NCBI GenBank assembly: GCA_018398765.1
Contig: JAHBMJ010000039.1
Coordinates: 1-58,491 of the forward strand
DNA length: 58,491 nt
Direction: 5' to 3'
Source: Chromera velia
Lineage: Eukaryota
Positions 1-14,207 of this stretch are shown piece after piece; within the stretch, counting starts at the first letter, position 1; the number at the start of each line of letters is the position of its first letter. Both the position numbers and the translations under genes were made by a program. The notes beneath the pieces are model-generated. The model ran no database searches. It worked only from the letters and a program-made list of their open reading frames with translations, and had not been told where the DNA came from.

Positions 1-9
1 ACACGCACG

Positions 10-40
<31 letters not shown>

Positions 41-105
41 ACACACACACGCACACTCACACACACACACACGCACACTCACACACACACACACACGCAC
101 GCACA
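1..105. repeat. (CA)n-type microsatellite, likely intronic
   Basis: Direct inspection. Confidence 0.9.
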
Positions 106-311
106 AAGCGAGAGAGCGTAGGATCAAGAGAGGGGGAGGAGCGGGAAGGAGAGAGAGACAGAGAGGAAACGAGTGAGTAAAGGGATTGAGTATTCTTTCT
201 GCATTATGCACATCCTTTGAGAAAGAGTTTTCTTCAAGTTCTAATCCTGTCAGAAAAATTCCGATGAAGAAAGCACGGACCAGCGCACTCACTCCCTATT
301 CAGGAACATAC

Positions 312-3300
312 CTCTGAGGTATTTGTTCTGTTGCTTCTCCTTGTGTTGCGATCCCTTCAAGGCCGTCTCTCCCAAACTCATCGAGGTTGCTGCCATAGTC
401 AGGCCAGCAGCAATTTTGGACGTTCCTGTACGGCCACTGCAAGGAACCATTCAGAGAGGGAGAACATACACGAATGGTCTCTGCTTTCCGGAGCTCCGTC
501 GCAAAGAAAGGCGTGGTTCAAATTCAAGGTTCACCACAGAAGCCAAAAAGGGAGAACCATACGAGAACGAGGTGGGGCGACATGTGAAAAGTGAGACGCC
601 AATTGAATCTAAATGTAAAAAAAGAGGGTCTCAACTGCATGGATTGTATCTGAACTCACTAACGCACAATGGAGATACATCCGGACTCTTGGTCTCCCCT
701 GCGCCTTCCATTCCATCTCCTTCTCCCTGTCCCGAGGAATCTCCTCGATACTTGCCTAGAGGAGTGGGACCATTGCCCTCCTCCCCTGTCCCCTCCGCCC
801 CCGTCTCTCCCCACGCCATCTCCTCAAAATCTATCCCTCCCCCACCCTCTCCAAAGACATGCGTTCCCCCCGGAAACGGATCCTCGAGACCGTAATGCTG
901 AAAGAAGACGGACAAATCCCATGCGCGAATAAAACCCGAAGAATCGCCTGTGAGAAGAAATCCAACTTGAAAAGGAGACTCCAAAGGTGCAGTGAGAGAA
1001 CCCGTAGCTCCAACAACTCCACGCTGCCCGTCTCCTCTTTCTCCTTTTGCATCATCGGACTGCCCCTCTTTCTCCTTTTCGGCCTCTCCAGAAGCCTTCT
1101 CTCCTTTGTCCTCCCCTTCTGCCTGAGTCTGTCCCCCCTCCTCTCCGGAGCTCTCCTCCTTCTCCCCCCCCTCTTCCGGTATCACTGTCTTCACTTCCTC
1201 TCCGCTGTCCCAATCAATCTCATCCCCCTCCACACCCTCTGCAGAGAAGATTGTGAACATGGGCGTTGCTAGCTCGGCCTCGGCTCCCTCTGTTGAGGCC
1301 CCCATTGCCCCTCCCAGCCCCGGCTGCTGATACCCTAATCGCCACCGCTGAAGCGCCCGTTGCTGCCACATAAACCCGGGGGGGCGTGTGAGGTCTTTGG
1401 GTTTAACGAAGCAGACAGAAGTCACGGCAGTTGGGGAGAGGGTCAGACGAACGTCGTCCTCTGGAAGCCTCTCGCGACGCTTATACCTGCAGTGGTCGAA
1501 AATCTCATGATTCTATTCAGCATGTTTTCATGCAACTCATATGTCACCATACATGTCCTGATGCTAAAACTTTGAATGAAACCGTTCCTTTAAGGTCTCT
1601 TACATTTTTTCAGCTTCATGGAAAGAAGGGATGACTGAACTGGGTGAGCTGGTATGATGACGTTGGCGTGTGTCACTCATTTCTATCCACACGATTTCGG
1701 CCACAGAGATGGAAGCACACTTTTCGACGGAAAGGAATTTCTCAACACGAAAAGGAGAACTCACATAGACTGACAACAAGGAGAGAGAGAGGGAGCGCGA
1801 AACGGTTGTCTTGGAACTTGTCTGAGTGAAGAAAGAGAGAAGGATCCACAGAGAGAGCTCATACACTCACTTGAATTCATAGGCGCTTCCCTGAGGTTGG
1901 CCTCTTCCCCATCTCTCTTGAGGGGAATTCTTCAAAAACAGTTCATCAAATCTGAACAAATACACGCAAACAAATACACGCAAAAGCAAACACCAGGAGG
2001 GTCATGTTGAGCGAGAGAGGGAGAATGAGGGCCAGGACAAAGTCAAAAAGAAGGACTTGCACTCAAGGTCTGTCGAAAAGGTAGCTTCTAGCCTCCCCTA
2101 CCATTCTAACCTGCCCTGTCGCTCTCACTAATCACATCCTGCATGACACCGCCCTTGTACTTTCACCGACTCAGTCGAGCCCCCGGATTTGTCATCATCC
2201 CTCAAAAGAAAAGAGCACACATGCACATCCCCACACGCCAGCACATTCTACATGCGGATTGATGATGAACACACACACGTGCCTGGCGAGGTTCTCCCAG
2301 GAGAAGATGCACTGTCCCTCTAGCTCTGGAGGGTGCGGGCGTGTGTACCAGAGAGAGATGATACCGCCTGCATGCATCGCGTGGATCGTCAGGAAGGAAT
2401 GAGTGATATGTGTACAGAAGGAGACACACAAAGTGTACACAAAGAAATGGCTTCCCCTAACCGAAAAAAACGGGGGCTGCACTCTCATTCAGAATACCTA
2501 TAGGGACATATGCCGGAGTAGCATGATGTAGCCAGATGGAGCAAGAAAGCAACACGGAAGAAAAAAGAAGAAAAAGCAAAAAATTATAAATAAACACACC
2601 AGGCATGCACGTATCCCTCCATGCACTCACTCACTTTGGTCTCCAGCCACGAGAATACCCTTTTCGTCAAGAAAGTCCACCGACAAAATCGCCGCGCCCG
2701 TCTCGCCCCGTGAGCCCCCAAGGACACCGTCTTTGGGCAGTCTGCACACAAACAAATCCACACATATGTTTGCATTTTCTCGTTCACAGCATTTTTATTT
2801 GACTCACGCTCTCTTCTTCCGTCTTCTACCTTCTCTTCTTTGTGCTTCATTGACGAAAGCATCATGTAACGGTGAGATAGAAAAGGACAAATAGACAGAG
2901 ATCGAATGATTAGGTTGGCATGAAAGAGACTGTCGACGTTTGTATTCCCCCACCATTCCCCTCATTTGAATGTCTAACTGCCAGCCGACTGACTGACTGA
3001 CTGACTGACTGACTGACTGACTGACTGACTGACAAGAATTTGTCGATGACTTTGTCCTTCCGATTTGTTCGGAGGCAGAAGAGGTACACAGCTCTTCCTG
3101 CCGCTGCAGAGGGCAGTGCACCAGCATGCAGAGAGGTACCGACAGAAGGATAATGAACACGCACCAAAGTAGTTTTGGCGTGTCTACTTATGATTTCACT
3201 GCTTCGCGATGACACTGCTGGAATTAACAAGATGATTCAGTCAGTAGAAAAACCGACACTTTGTCAGAGAGGAGGTCAGAGAGTGATTAAGAAAACCTCC

Positions 3301-6300
3301 GCTCTGTCTCTCTCTCTTAAATGAATCTCTTCTCTGTTGCCGTATGTCCAGCCCTGCCATCTGACATATAACCGTGCCCATAGAAACACATTGCCCCCAC
3401 TTGCATCATCACTTGACGTTAGAATGAAAAACGGCAGAAAGTCGCGAATCAAAACGCAAGGCGGCAGGCAAGCAAACGTGAACACCTGGCTTTTGACCAA
3501 CCCGCTGCGAGCAATTGGAGGGCAGGGGCCACGGCGAGACACCCGACCCCATCAGAGGAAGTTGGAGCCTCCATCCGCACAGTTCCCCTAGGATCGTCTG
3601 AGAGGGGGTCGTCTTGGTGGACCTGCACAGAGAGGGAGGGAAACAAGAGAGAGCGAGAAGCGCACTGTTGAATCTCATTGCATGATTTGCTCGTTGACCG
3701 CTTCCATGACGCTCCCTTCAACACTCACGTTTCGTCGTAAAGAGAAAAAAATACAAGGACAGCAGGAAGTCAAACCAGCATCCATACACATACACATACA
3801 CGCACACAAGAAGCTATACCGAGAGAGAGACACCTGGTCACCGACAGACCTTCACAATTCCATCCCAGGAAGCCGAGATGATGCAGTCAGTTCCCTCCCA
3901 GATTTTCACCGCCTGCACGAAAATTTCATGGCGTCTTTTTTTTTCATGAATTTGTGTTACTGAGTCTGAAAGAATTCTACTTCCTTCCCATCAGTGCCAA
4001 ATGTGAAGACGGAAAGGAAAAGGCTGGCATGTAGATCAGGTGCTCGACTCATCGAACATACAGGTGTGACGCACGCAGGAAAAAATTTGATGCGTCTTTG
4101 CGTGCGTCGACTCATCGAACATGCAGGTGTGTACATATACTCATTTACACAAAAAGGGTGCCTCCAGGGGAAAATCAGATGAAAAGGTTGCCGAGCTAAA
4201 AGCTGGCATGCAGATGCTTCAAATGAAAGAATTAACTTTTACGCCAATTCATAGAGACACAGATGCAAGAGGCTTCGCAGGAATGAGCACATGGAAGCCT
4301 TCCCTTCCCTTCCCTGCTGTTTTGACTGGACTGACAGAAACGTCCACAGCGTGAGGCACAAATTCGCGGATGAAGGCGCCAGTCTTCAGAGAACGACTGC
4401 ACACGTTCCCCTCAGAGTCACCTGCATGGCGGGATGAATTCATTCATTAGGGAAAGAAATGCACGAGAAATTTGTCATGATTGCCAGCTCTTCAAACCCA
4501 GAGAGACAACAACAAAAAACAAAAGGAGAAGAGGAGGTCGCGAAAAAGACAGGAGGAAAAAGCGGAGAGACCAAGGGTGAGTTCTCTGAACCGCACAAGG
4601 AAAGTCATTTCATGCTGAGAAAAAGCAACGACTCACCGACGTAAACCTTCTTTCCTGTCGAATCGACGCACGCGCATGTGATTTCTGCCGTGTGGAAGTT
4701 CCGGTGAACCTGATCGAACCAAAAAGAACAAACAGGAGTCAAAGCATTACTTCATCGGAGTGGGAAAGAAAAGTGCACATGCAGAGAGAGTCGGCATGTC
4801 GAGCGACAAAGAAAGAAAAGGCCATGCAATCTTTCTCTTCACACACATCTTACGCTGAAACCGTCTGTCAGTTTCCCCTACATGATCTCCTCTGTCCTTA
4901 TCCGATCACTCACTCACCTGCAAGAGCTTCCCGTTGGAGGCGTCCCATGCCTTTGCGTGTTGCTGAGAGAGAGAAAGGAAACGGAGGGGGGCCTCCGCAA
5001 AAAGGGCTCCTGTGCAACCATGAGGTTCCGTCACCCTCAGAGTTTCTTCCTGAGCGACACAGGCATTGTATCATTGTGATGCGGCATGATTTTTTGTTTT
5101 GTGCTCCAGCCAGCCTTCCTCCATGGAGTCGGAATTCGTTCCCTTCCCTTCCTGTTTAAAGAAAGAACTCCTCCCTCGATCCCCATTTCTTCGTTGAGTT
5201 CATGGCAACAGTGTGGCGGGAAAAAGATGAAACGAAGAGAAAACACGGACAAAAGGGAAAATTGAGCAGCGCAGGCGCCTTGCACAAACAAAATGACGAT
5301 GAAAGAGAAGAAAACACGGGATCCGCAACAGGCAGCTGTGTCTTCCTCTGACTTCTGGCCTCCCTCTTTGCAACCCATTTCTGCCTGGAGGCTGAGGAGG
5401 TAGACGGTACCTATAAGGAAGCCGAAAGGCACGCAGGCGAAAGAGTGCAGAGCCCACTTCCAGAGATTCCCCTGCAGCCTCCCCCCCCCCCCCCNNNNNN
5501 NNNNNNNNNNNNNNNNNNNNNNNNNNNNNNNNNNNNNNNNNNNNNNNNNNNNNNNNNNNNNNNNNNNNNNNNNNNNNNNNNNNNNNNNNNNNNNNNNNNN
5601 NNNNNNNNNNNNNNNNNNNNNNNNNNNNNNNNNNNNNNNNNNNNNNNNNNNNNNNNNNNNNNNNNNNNNNNNNNNNNNNNNNNNNNNNNNNNNNNNNNNN
5701 NNNNNNNNNNNNNNNNNNNNNNNNNNNNNNNNNNNNNNNNNNNNNNNNNNNNNNNNNNNNNNNNNNNNNNNNNNNNNNNNNNNNNNNNNNNNNNNNNNCC
5801 TTGTACTCACGTGGGTGTCTGCGTAGTCGTACAGGCACAGAGAATTGAAAGAGGCCCCAAAAACCCTGCAGATATGCATGCCAGAGAGAATGAATGAGTA
5901 ATGAAATCTCTCAAGCCGACTTTTATCCCTCCGAAATATTTTCAGAGACTGATCTCGAGAACTTAGCAACAAGGACCAAAAGAAATGCAAAAAGAGGGTA
6001 TGAAGATGAAGAGATCTTGGAAAAAAATGAGCCACAGATTTTCGATGAGGTCGCAGATATCCGCATTACTCCGGGCTTAAAAAATATCTTGTGGGTCCGG
6101 GAAAGAAGACCAGTTGGCAAAGGAAGAAAGCAGTCAAGCGGAGAAGGGCGGCAAGCGCACCAAGAAATAAATGGTCCTGTTTTACTTAATTGAGTCTTCT
6201 GCAGAAAGACAGACCTTTTGATCGTGTGTGCAACGCAAAAAGCGTTGAGTTCGTGCAGCGTCTCTGTGCCACCAAACGAGTGGACAGCCCGGAAGTTCCG

Positions 6301-9300
6301 CATGTCCCAGAGCTTCAAACTGCCCGCAACATCTGCAGATGTATATGTAATGCATTTAAGACAGATACGCAACTCGGAAGTGGCAAAACAAGCACAAATA
6401 AGTGCGCAGCAGGGTGCAGGGGGCTTGCGATTGGAAGACGACGGCTTTTTTCTTGTGATTGTGCGCATCCTGCGGCCGGAACGGCTGGCATTCTAGTTGC
6501 GGACGTGCCGGCAAAGTTCACGAACGAATCACATCAAGGCTTCCAGACAGGACGGAGCATAGCTACGGAACGCGGAGCTCACAGGCCTAGAATTTGAGTG
6601 GTGTTCGGGGATCTCATACCAAGATGAAGCTTTGTTCCAAAAGATGCCTTAAGTTTATGAAATACTGTGCGTGCATGCATGCACACGTACGTACCTCCCG
6701 TGATGATCTGTACCGTCCCAGGCACAGTGACAACACCCACCAGGGCGTGGGCGTGGCCCTTCAGCCTGCACTTGGGGGAGGTGAGAAGATGATGAATGCG
6801 AGGAATTAAGAGGCTGTATCGGAATTTAAGTATGACCCACCATCCTTGCCTTCCTGGGATCGCGTGAATGTGCCCCCAGACAAAGAAGGAAAATCGAAGG
6901 AGACGATTACGAAAGTGGCGCAAGATCATTTCATGGGAGAGGGAAGGACTCTCTCTTTAGTTAGACCACAAAACAAGAGATGCCTGAAGACTATGAGAGT
7001 GCAGAAAAGTCACGTTGGTATATGAGGCATCCCGACAGGTACGTGAACTCCGACAGTCACAAAAAATGTTCAATGTGTCTGAGACATTCCGATCTCGCAG
7101 GCTGCCCATGAGTCTATCTATGCACATGCATACAAAATGCTGGTGAGACTCCTCGGTGCCCACTGACTTGAAGATAGGGTCCCTCTGCACGTACGGATTC
7201 CACGCGATTGCGTCCTGGTCCATCCCCGCAGACAGGAGACAGTTGAACTGACGGGAGTACGCGAGGGAGCCTACCGCCTTCTGGTGACCCTTCGCTCCTC
7301 CGAGCTCTCCAGCAAGTCTGCATGTGGCTGCGTCCCACAGCTGCACGACCCCTCCACGCTCTCCGGCATCGAGGGCGGATGCCAGGACTTCCATGTCTGC
7401 ATGACAATGCATGCATAAATGAAAGTAATGCATGCATTCAGAATTCTGTATGAAAGTAAATGCAGGCATCGAGAGCCGATGCCAGGACTTCCATGTCTGC
7501 ATCCATAAGTTCAAGTCCCTCCGGCATGTCATCATCGATCGATCGTGGATCATCACACAAGCAAGTGCACCGACAGTCGCAGAGTCCAATCATGCCCGAT
7601 TCCATGAGGATGCAGATACACGAGAAAAAATGGCGGCCTGCCCAAAGTCTGAGGCGCTCCTTTCCACTTCTCCTACTCTACAGGAGACTGCAGACTCTTA
7701 TGATCTCAGGTTTCTCTCCCCCCCCCCCACCCCCCCTCTGACATGCACACACAAACACTCACACAGAGACATTCGCGCATATGTGATTGATTCATTCTCT
7801 ACTCACCTGGAAGCAGCAGCAGAGCGTTTACTGATGGGGGATTGTTCTCTTGACTCTGAAGAAGTTCTTTCCTTTCAGTCAGCGTCAGCAAATCCCAGAG
7901 AGTCACGATGCCATTCGTCGCACCTCTGCAAGCGTCAAAAAAACGAGACAGATGAAAAATAGAATATGTGACCCTACCCAAAGAAGAAAAAAAGAGAATG
8001 ACGAGAAAAAGGAAAGCGAGGACAAGTCCCACTATCGAAAATACAAAATAAGCGAACCACTCAGTTCATTGTCAATCGATCACACTCCCTTTCGAAACAA
8101 CTCTCGCAGTCTGCCTTAAATTACTGACTGGCTGACTCACGTTGCCAGAAGTTCCCTTCCAGCCGCCCCCCCTTCTCCCATCCACTGTAAGCACATCTGA
8201 ACGTCCTGGCATGCGATCCGTTGTCGGAGGGTCATCGTGTCGGCACTCCAGAGGCAAACGCTCATGTCGGCAGCAGAAGTCGCAACCTGCACACTCACTC
8301 ACAGAAACATATGCCACAAACAGACGCAATAAAACAAAATAAGGATCGACACTTGCCGCAGCTGGACAAAGGGAGAAGCCAGGGGCTGAAAACAGAGAGA
8401 GCGCCGACGACATTTATAGAATGCTGAGAACGCAAAGAAAAGTTCTCTCTCGAATTCACCTTTCTCGCATGTAAGCTTTTGTCCCACGACAAGACAACCC
8501 TGAAGCCGCCCAGGCTTACATGTACACAAAAAACTCCTTCCAGACCTTCAGAGAATACAAGCGACTCTCGGACAAAGCAGAGAAGAGAGAAAGTCTTTTT
8601 CCTTCTTTTTTCTTCATCTTTTCCGTCTTTGTGCCCTCCAACCTCGCACCTCTCTGCGGGTGTTCAGATGCTGACAGTGTTTTCTCCCCTCACAAACAAG
8701 ATCAATCAAACTCCTACAGCCGCTCTCCTACCTGTCCGTAGCTCCCCACGTGACAGGCCGTGATTGCCGAACCCCTGTGGCCCGAGACGTCCTTCTTGAT
8801 GGTGCACGTGTGGGGGTCATAGAGCTTGAACGTCTTTGCGCCAGAGTGAAACACCGCAACGCTGTCGAGAGCTTCCAAGAAGACGGCACTGCATTGGACA
8901 AAAACGTCAGTGTATTCGTTTACTTTCATACAGAATTCTTTTTCTCTGAATGTATGAAAGTAAACGCAGGCACTGCATTGGACAGAAACGTCTGAGTGAG
9001 TGGAAATAGAAGGAGAAAGACAGAGAGAGGAAAGAGGGAAATGGGTGTGTGCATATGTGTTTGTGTTCATAAAAAGAAAACAAGCAACCCATGCATTTGC
9101 AGTCAGCCAGATTGCCCCACGAAACACAGGACGCTGCAGCAAGGAGGATCAGACCTACAGACGACTACCCCTCCAGTCTCACTCTTCACTCCCTTTCTCC
9201 TTCTCTCACTGTGTCTCTTAGTCACTGCATCTGCCGCTAAATGTCTTCTCAACAATTTCGCTCTGCTCTTCTGACAGGACCTTGATTGAAGAAACTGAAC

Positions 9301-12300
9301 GAGAAATTCTCGGCTGACTTGTCAATCGTGCTCTCGTGGTGAGTGAGGTCGTCGACCCTCGACTGTTCGTACTGCAAATGTCAAGGCAAAAGGGAGGATT
9401 CATCATGAGTTTTGAATTAACTGTTGTGAAGGGAATCCGTTGATCTAGTCAAGCTGTTCCGCTGTCATCTGCCCACCCTCAACTGCCCAAATTCGAAACC
9501 TGTATGCGAAAGGGAGACCTTGACTTTGTGAAGTGGATTGCGAACAATTATGAAAATCCGTTGGACAGAAGAATGCAAGAAAACTAAGATTATACAAACC
9601 ATTGAATGGGCACAGAAACTTAGGAGGAGAAGTCGAGGGAGAAAAACAAGATACCCTTGTTTTTATCGTCTTTCCAGCTGGCTTTGAGAGATGGTCACAA
9701 AATATTGTGCTCACACGCCAAATCGACATCACATGCCAAATGACTGACCCGTTTCATTTTGTCCACCACATCATCTTGCCTGCACAGCCGGAGAGACGGA
9801 AAGAAAGAAAAGGGATTCCTTGTTGCTAATCTCTGTTCACTTTCGTTCATCTACCCTTTGGTGTGGTTGGCATATGCATACAGGGAGAAAGTCAAAGAAC
9901 GCCAATTGGAAAACAGACCACACAAGCAGAAAGAATTGAAGAAAGTCATTTTGGAGCGACACAAAGAGATATCCGAAGGAGGAAAAAGATTTCTGTGGCT
10001 TGAATTCACAGGACCAAAACGTTCAAACGAAAGTCAAACACAATCCACTCACTCACCTTCCTGCCATTCCGGCGTCAATCAGATAATCCGAGAACTCCTG
10101 CAAAACCCAGAGAGAGGACCAAACACACACACAGGTTGGGGTAGAAGACCTGTTGCCAAACGGGAGTCTTGAATGGACGGAGGAAAGCGGAAGATAAAAC
10201 AAACAGACACGAATGCAGACAGACAAAATATGTTTCCCCTGACTCTTTTCTACAGAGGGATAAAGAAACGAAACACACAACATTCAGCCTGAAAGGAAAG
10301 ATAGGCATAGCATAATATTGCAACCATGCAAGTGAGTCAGGAGACGCACGCAGAGGGTTCGATTGAGTCCCCCCCTTTATATTTCACAGACTTTCTTAAA
10401 TATCTTCCCTCTTCATGAAGCTCCTCAAAACCTGCGACAGAAGACTTCTTCTCTCTATTTCTGTCGTGTTGATGATCCCATCGAAAAGACTTTCCTCATT
10501 TTGTCTATCGGTTGAAACAGACCAGCGACAACGAAGGAAACCGAAAAGCAAAAAAAGAGGAATGACCTCCCACCCAAGTCTCCCATCACAATCACAATCT
10601 GCCCACTCGAACATTTCGACTGTGGCAGTTGCGACTTTGCCTGCACGAACACATTCAAACAGCCTTGAGAAGAAAAACCAGAAAACCAGAGTTCAAAAAA
10701 ACGGTAACAAAAAAAACCTCCGGTCGTCAACGAAGGAAACTGGGTGTTCCGATCATCTCACATCCACATCGTGTTTTCCATCCCACCTCCAAGTCGCTGC
10801 TCTACATTCCAAACTTCATTTGCACTGAAAAAAAAAGAAAAACCTATTCAGCTCTGTCATTCACGCTCTCCCTCCACGCCACTCATAATTCACGGCCAAT
10901 TCCACATCAACTAGAGGAAGCTATTTGAGTCAGCACCAAAAAATCAAAATGAACGCACTGACCCAAGCCCTCTTCAGTCAGCCAATAGGACCCCGGGGGG
11001 ATGTGGGGCCTCCCTTCTCTCCCTCCTCCAGCAGCAGATACCAAACCTTCAGAGATCCCTTTCCGTCCTCGAGAAGAGGCGTCAGGAATCACAGGTGATC
11101 CAAGGGGGGATACCAATGGATCTCCTGTGGAAGGGTTCGGCACTGACAGGGCGCCTGCGGGTGAAGGCTTCCCCTTAACGTTCGTGTCAAAAGCAGCCAG
11201 AGCAACCACGCTGGTGGGTGCCTCGAGAGAAATCGGAGGAGGTGCTGGAGAGGGGGGGATTGATGGAGGATTCTCGTTGGCTGTGTCCATCTGTGTCAAG
11301 AAGGCCCCGGCATTGTCATTCAGAGGGGCCCCGGCACCCTCTCCATCGGGCCCGTCTCCCTCGAATCGTGGGCCCTTTGGGCCTCTCCCCCTCTCCCCCG
11401 TCTCCTCTTGGCCTTCTGCACCTTCGTCTTGGAGTGCAGCGAGTGCTGGTTTGGGGAAGGCCGGAAGGTCAGAGAAGATGTCCCTCTGGTGTTGTTTTTG
11501 CCTCTCGAGGGAATACTCTCGAAGTTGCTCCTGCAAGAAAGACCTCATGCAGTAGCATGGAGGGACGTCGGACGGAGTTGTGAAAAAAGCTACTTGCATT
11601 GATGTACAAGGTATCCACAATCGCAAACAGACATACACTTATTCGATCGTCACGTGGAACCTCCCAACCATCCGCTGAAGTTCTCAGCCCACACTCCCCC
11701 CTTCCTCCTTTTCTCCTGCTCGGTTGCTTTTTTTCTCTGAGATCTTTCAATCATGCATCTTCGTCCATTCGAGAGAAGAAGAAGGAAGTACGTAAGTAAG
11801 TGAGGAAGGAGGGAAGGAAAGAGGGAAAGGGAGAGAGACAGAGGAACCAAAAAAGAAGTAAACAGAGAAAAAGAGGAAAAGAGAAGGAAAGCAAGAAAGA
11901 AGTGGAGAAAGGGGAAGGGGGGCGGGGGCAAGAGGCGTGCCTTGGAATGCCAGGAATACCAGCACAGCAATGAAGTAAAATACAAAAACAGGCATTAACC
12001 CGACCTTATCAATTCCCAAGTCAAGACTCTCCAGCATGGCACGAACAAACGAAGGACACCCAAGTCGGCCCCCTCCCGCATTAAACGCATGTCTCAAAGA
12101 TGCCATTGCAGAAGCGTCAACCAAGGGCACGATGTCCACCTCGGCCCTTGTCCGCTCTTTCCGTCTGTCCTCTTCCTCGGGAGACAGCTTTTGCTTCCCC
12201 CCTTTCGACAGTTCCTCCTCTAACTGGGCAGCAGAAGGCCCCCCGCCCCCCGTGGAACGACCGGGAGATCCCGAGGGGCCCAGGTTGGCTGCTCCTGTGG

Positions 12301-13111
12301 GGTCGTCTCCGTCTCCCTGCCTGTCCAGTCTTTCGCGGTCCGCGCCTGCACCACCCGCAGCCGCCTGGAGCTGTGCGGTTGTGGAGGGCCCTTGTGAATC
12401 CTGCATGCATGCATGCATGCATACATGCAGGCACATTTGTGAAATGAGGTGCTTGATTCAAAGGGTGTGAACGGTCATGGTGAAGGTCAAAGTTGGTCTT
12501 CCAGAGATGCCCGTGGTCGTGCGTGCAGTTGTCGAAGGTCCATGTGAATCTTGCCCACGCGCGAAGAAGAAAGGAAGAGCGTCATCAGTCAAAAGGAAGA
12601 AAAGGGGGGTGCTGAACGTGCCTTAGCCCCATCCGCAATGAAGGAAGATCATGTCTGTCTCCAAACAAACGAAGGAGCGAGAAGAACAGTTCGCCCCACA
12701 ATATCAATCTGTCAATGCGTCTGTTTGGATATCAAGGTATCGGGCCGACGTCCTGCTTCCTCTTTGGCACCCTCGAGCCACCGTCTCGGCATCTCTTCTG
12801 CTGTGAAACACACAAGAGAAATTTTTTGTGTGACTTCTTCGTTTTGATTTGATTCTATAGAATACCCCTCCCTCAAATTACACGCACACCCGCACCCACC
12901 CACCCTTTGTCTGGGACCTCTGTTCTCGAGAATCGCCGGACGCACAGAGGACTTCGTCGGCACCGCCACACCGGCACCCACCTGCAATTTGCGTAAAAAG
13001 CAGAAAAGTGATCAGCGAGCAGAAAGGTCCGCGCGCAACTGGGGAATTACAACAAGCACAGATCCACCGGAAAGGAGGGGCGACGAAGGATGGCAAGGAC
13101 GTGCCACTCAT
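312..13111 (-). CDS. Multi-exon EF-hand + WD40-repeat protein (WDR49/WDR64/EFCAB8-like architecture). The start is uncertain and the 3' end probably lies outside the window.
   Basis: GT-AG-bounded minus-strand exons encode an EF-hand-like loop (EMFEWADCDCDGRLGWE + EFSDYLID, about 10626-10060). They also encode several WD motifs: VSGHRGSAITAC (about 8750), GATNGIVTLWDL (about 7900), GVVQLWDA...GHQKAVGSLAYS...LLSAGMDQDAIAWNP (7170-7396), LKGHAHALVGV (about 6750), DVAGSLKLWDMR (about 6310) and LLTGDSSGFIRAWDL (about 930). An assembly gap interrupts the gene. Confidence 0.8.
5495..5798. other. Assembly gap (N run)
   Basis: Run of N following a poly-C tract. Confidence 1.
7365..7502. repeat. 38-bp direct duplication spanning a splice acceptor, flanking a 62-nt palindrome-derived insert
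   Basis: ggcatcgag(g/a)gc(g/c)gatgccaggacttccatgtctgcat occurs at 7365-7402 and 7465-7502. The insert ends cagaattctgtatgaaagtaaatgca. Confidence 0.9.
8885..8992. repeat. 24-bp direct duplication spanning a splice acceptor, flanking a 60-nt palindrome-derived insert
   Basis: ggcactgcattggaca(a/g)aaacgtc occurs at 8885-8908 and 8969-8992. The insert contains the inverted arms cgtttactttcatacagaattct...tgtatgaaagtaaacgca. Confidence 0.9.
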
Positions 13112-14207
13112 CGAGCCGTCGTGTAGACGGAGAGCAATGGAACCCAAACAGACGTGTGTCTGGTTATATCTGAGACAAACAGATAAACAGCCATTCGAAG
13201 AAAGGAAACCTGCCAGAGCTTCCGTGGTACCCAGCAGCAGTCGCACAGCAAGAAGAAAAGACAGCGACACGCATGAATCGAAATGCACAACATGCATGTG
13301 TTGCATGCATGCAGAGATCACATCTTCATGTGTCTTTGTGTGCCTGTACACCGACCGGAACTTGAAGATTGAGGCTTCCCTCTGCTTTCATCTTCTCAAA
13401 AGCACCTGGTCACCTGTTCCAGGAAGTTGTCCGCTTGTGTTTACTTGCGTCAGTGGTGTGTTTGCCTGAGGCTTTTATGTACACATTCGAAAAACTCTGA
13501 GATATGAATATGTACGTGAGCAACACCTGGACTGCAGAGCAAAAACATGAGAGGGGAATTCAATGACTTGCCTGACTCTGAAGAAGCACTTCTGATCCTG
13601 GGGGGCTCAAAAAGTCTGACAAGTCTGAAGGAAGATATTTGTCTGTCAGACAAACTAGCTTAGTAGTATATATATAACACAAGTCGGTCTGTCATATGGC
13701 GTCGGATGAACGGGTGAATCAATTTAACGCATGCATGAATTTCCTAGCTGTAAGTACCCCACAAGCATCCCACAAGCAACTTGCCGAGCATGCAGTCGCC
13801 GAGCTCAAGCTGGGAGACGGCTCTTCAATGCATCACTTTCCGGTTTTTTGATCTTAAATTAATTTTCGGGAGATCCGACTTTTCTGCAAATTTCACAACT
13901 CAAGATTTTCCAAGGCGCTTAAGGCTGATGGATTTCGTCAGTGACAACGGCAGAGGAGGGGAAGCAGTACGGCAGGAAGGTACCCCTGTACTCGTCTGCT
14001 CGGTTTGCGAGGTGTCTGATCGCGATGATTATTTGAAGACAGGACTTCATGTGTGAGATTATGCTCTCTTCTTTTCTCCCCAAGGATGATCTTGAGATGC
14101 TCGCTTGACCTGCGTCGTCAAGCTGCTTCTATTTTGGAGACCAGTACTGCTGACATGACAACTTCGCTGTGACGCTTTTTCGATCAGAGAGAGCATCAAA
14201 GAAAGTA

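Noticed and set aside
5037..6035. Long ORFs spanning the N run
   Set aside because: Artefacts of the assembly gap.
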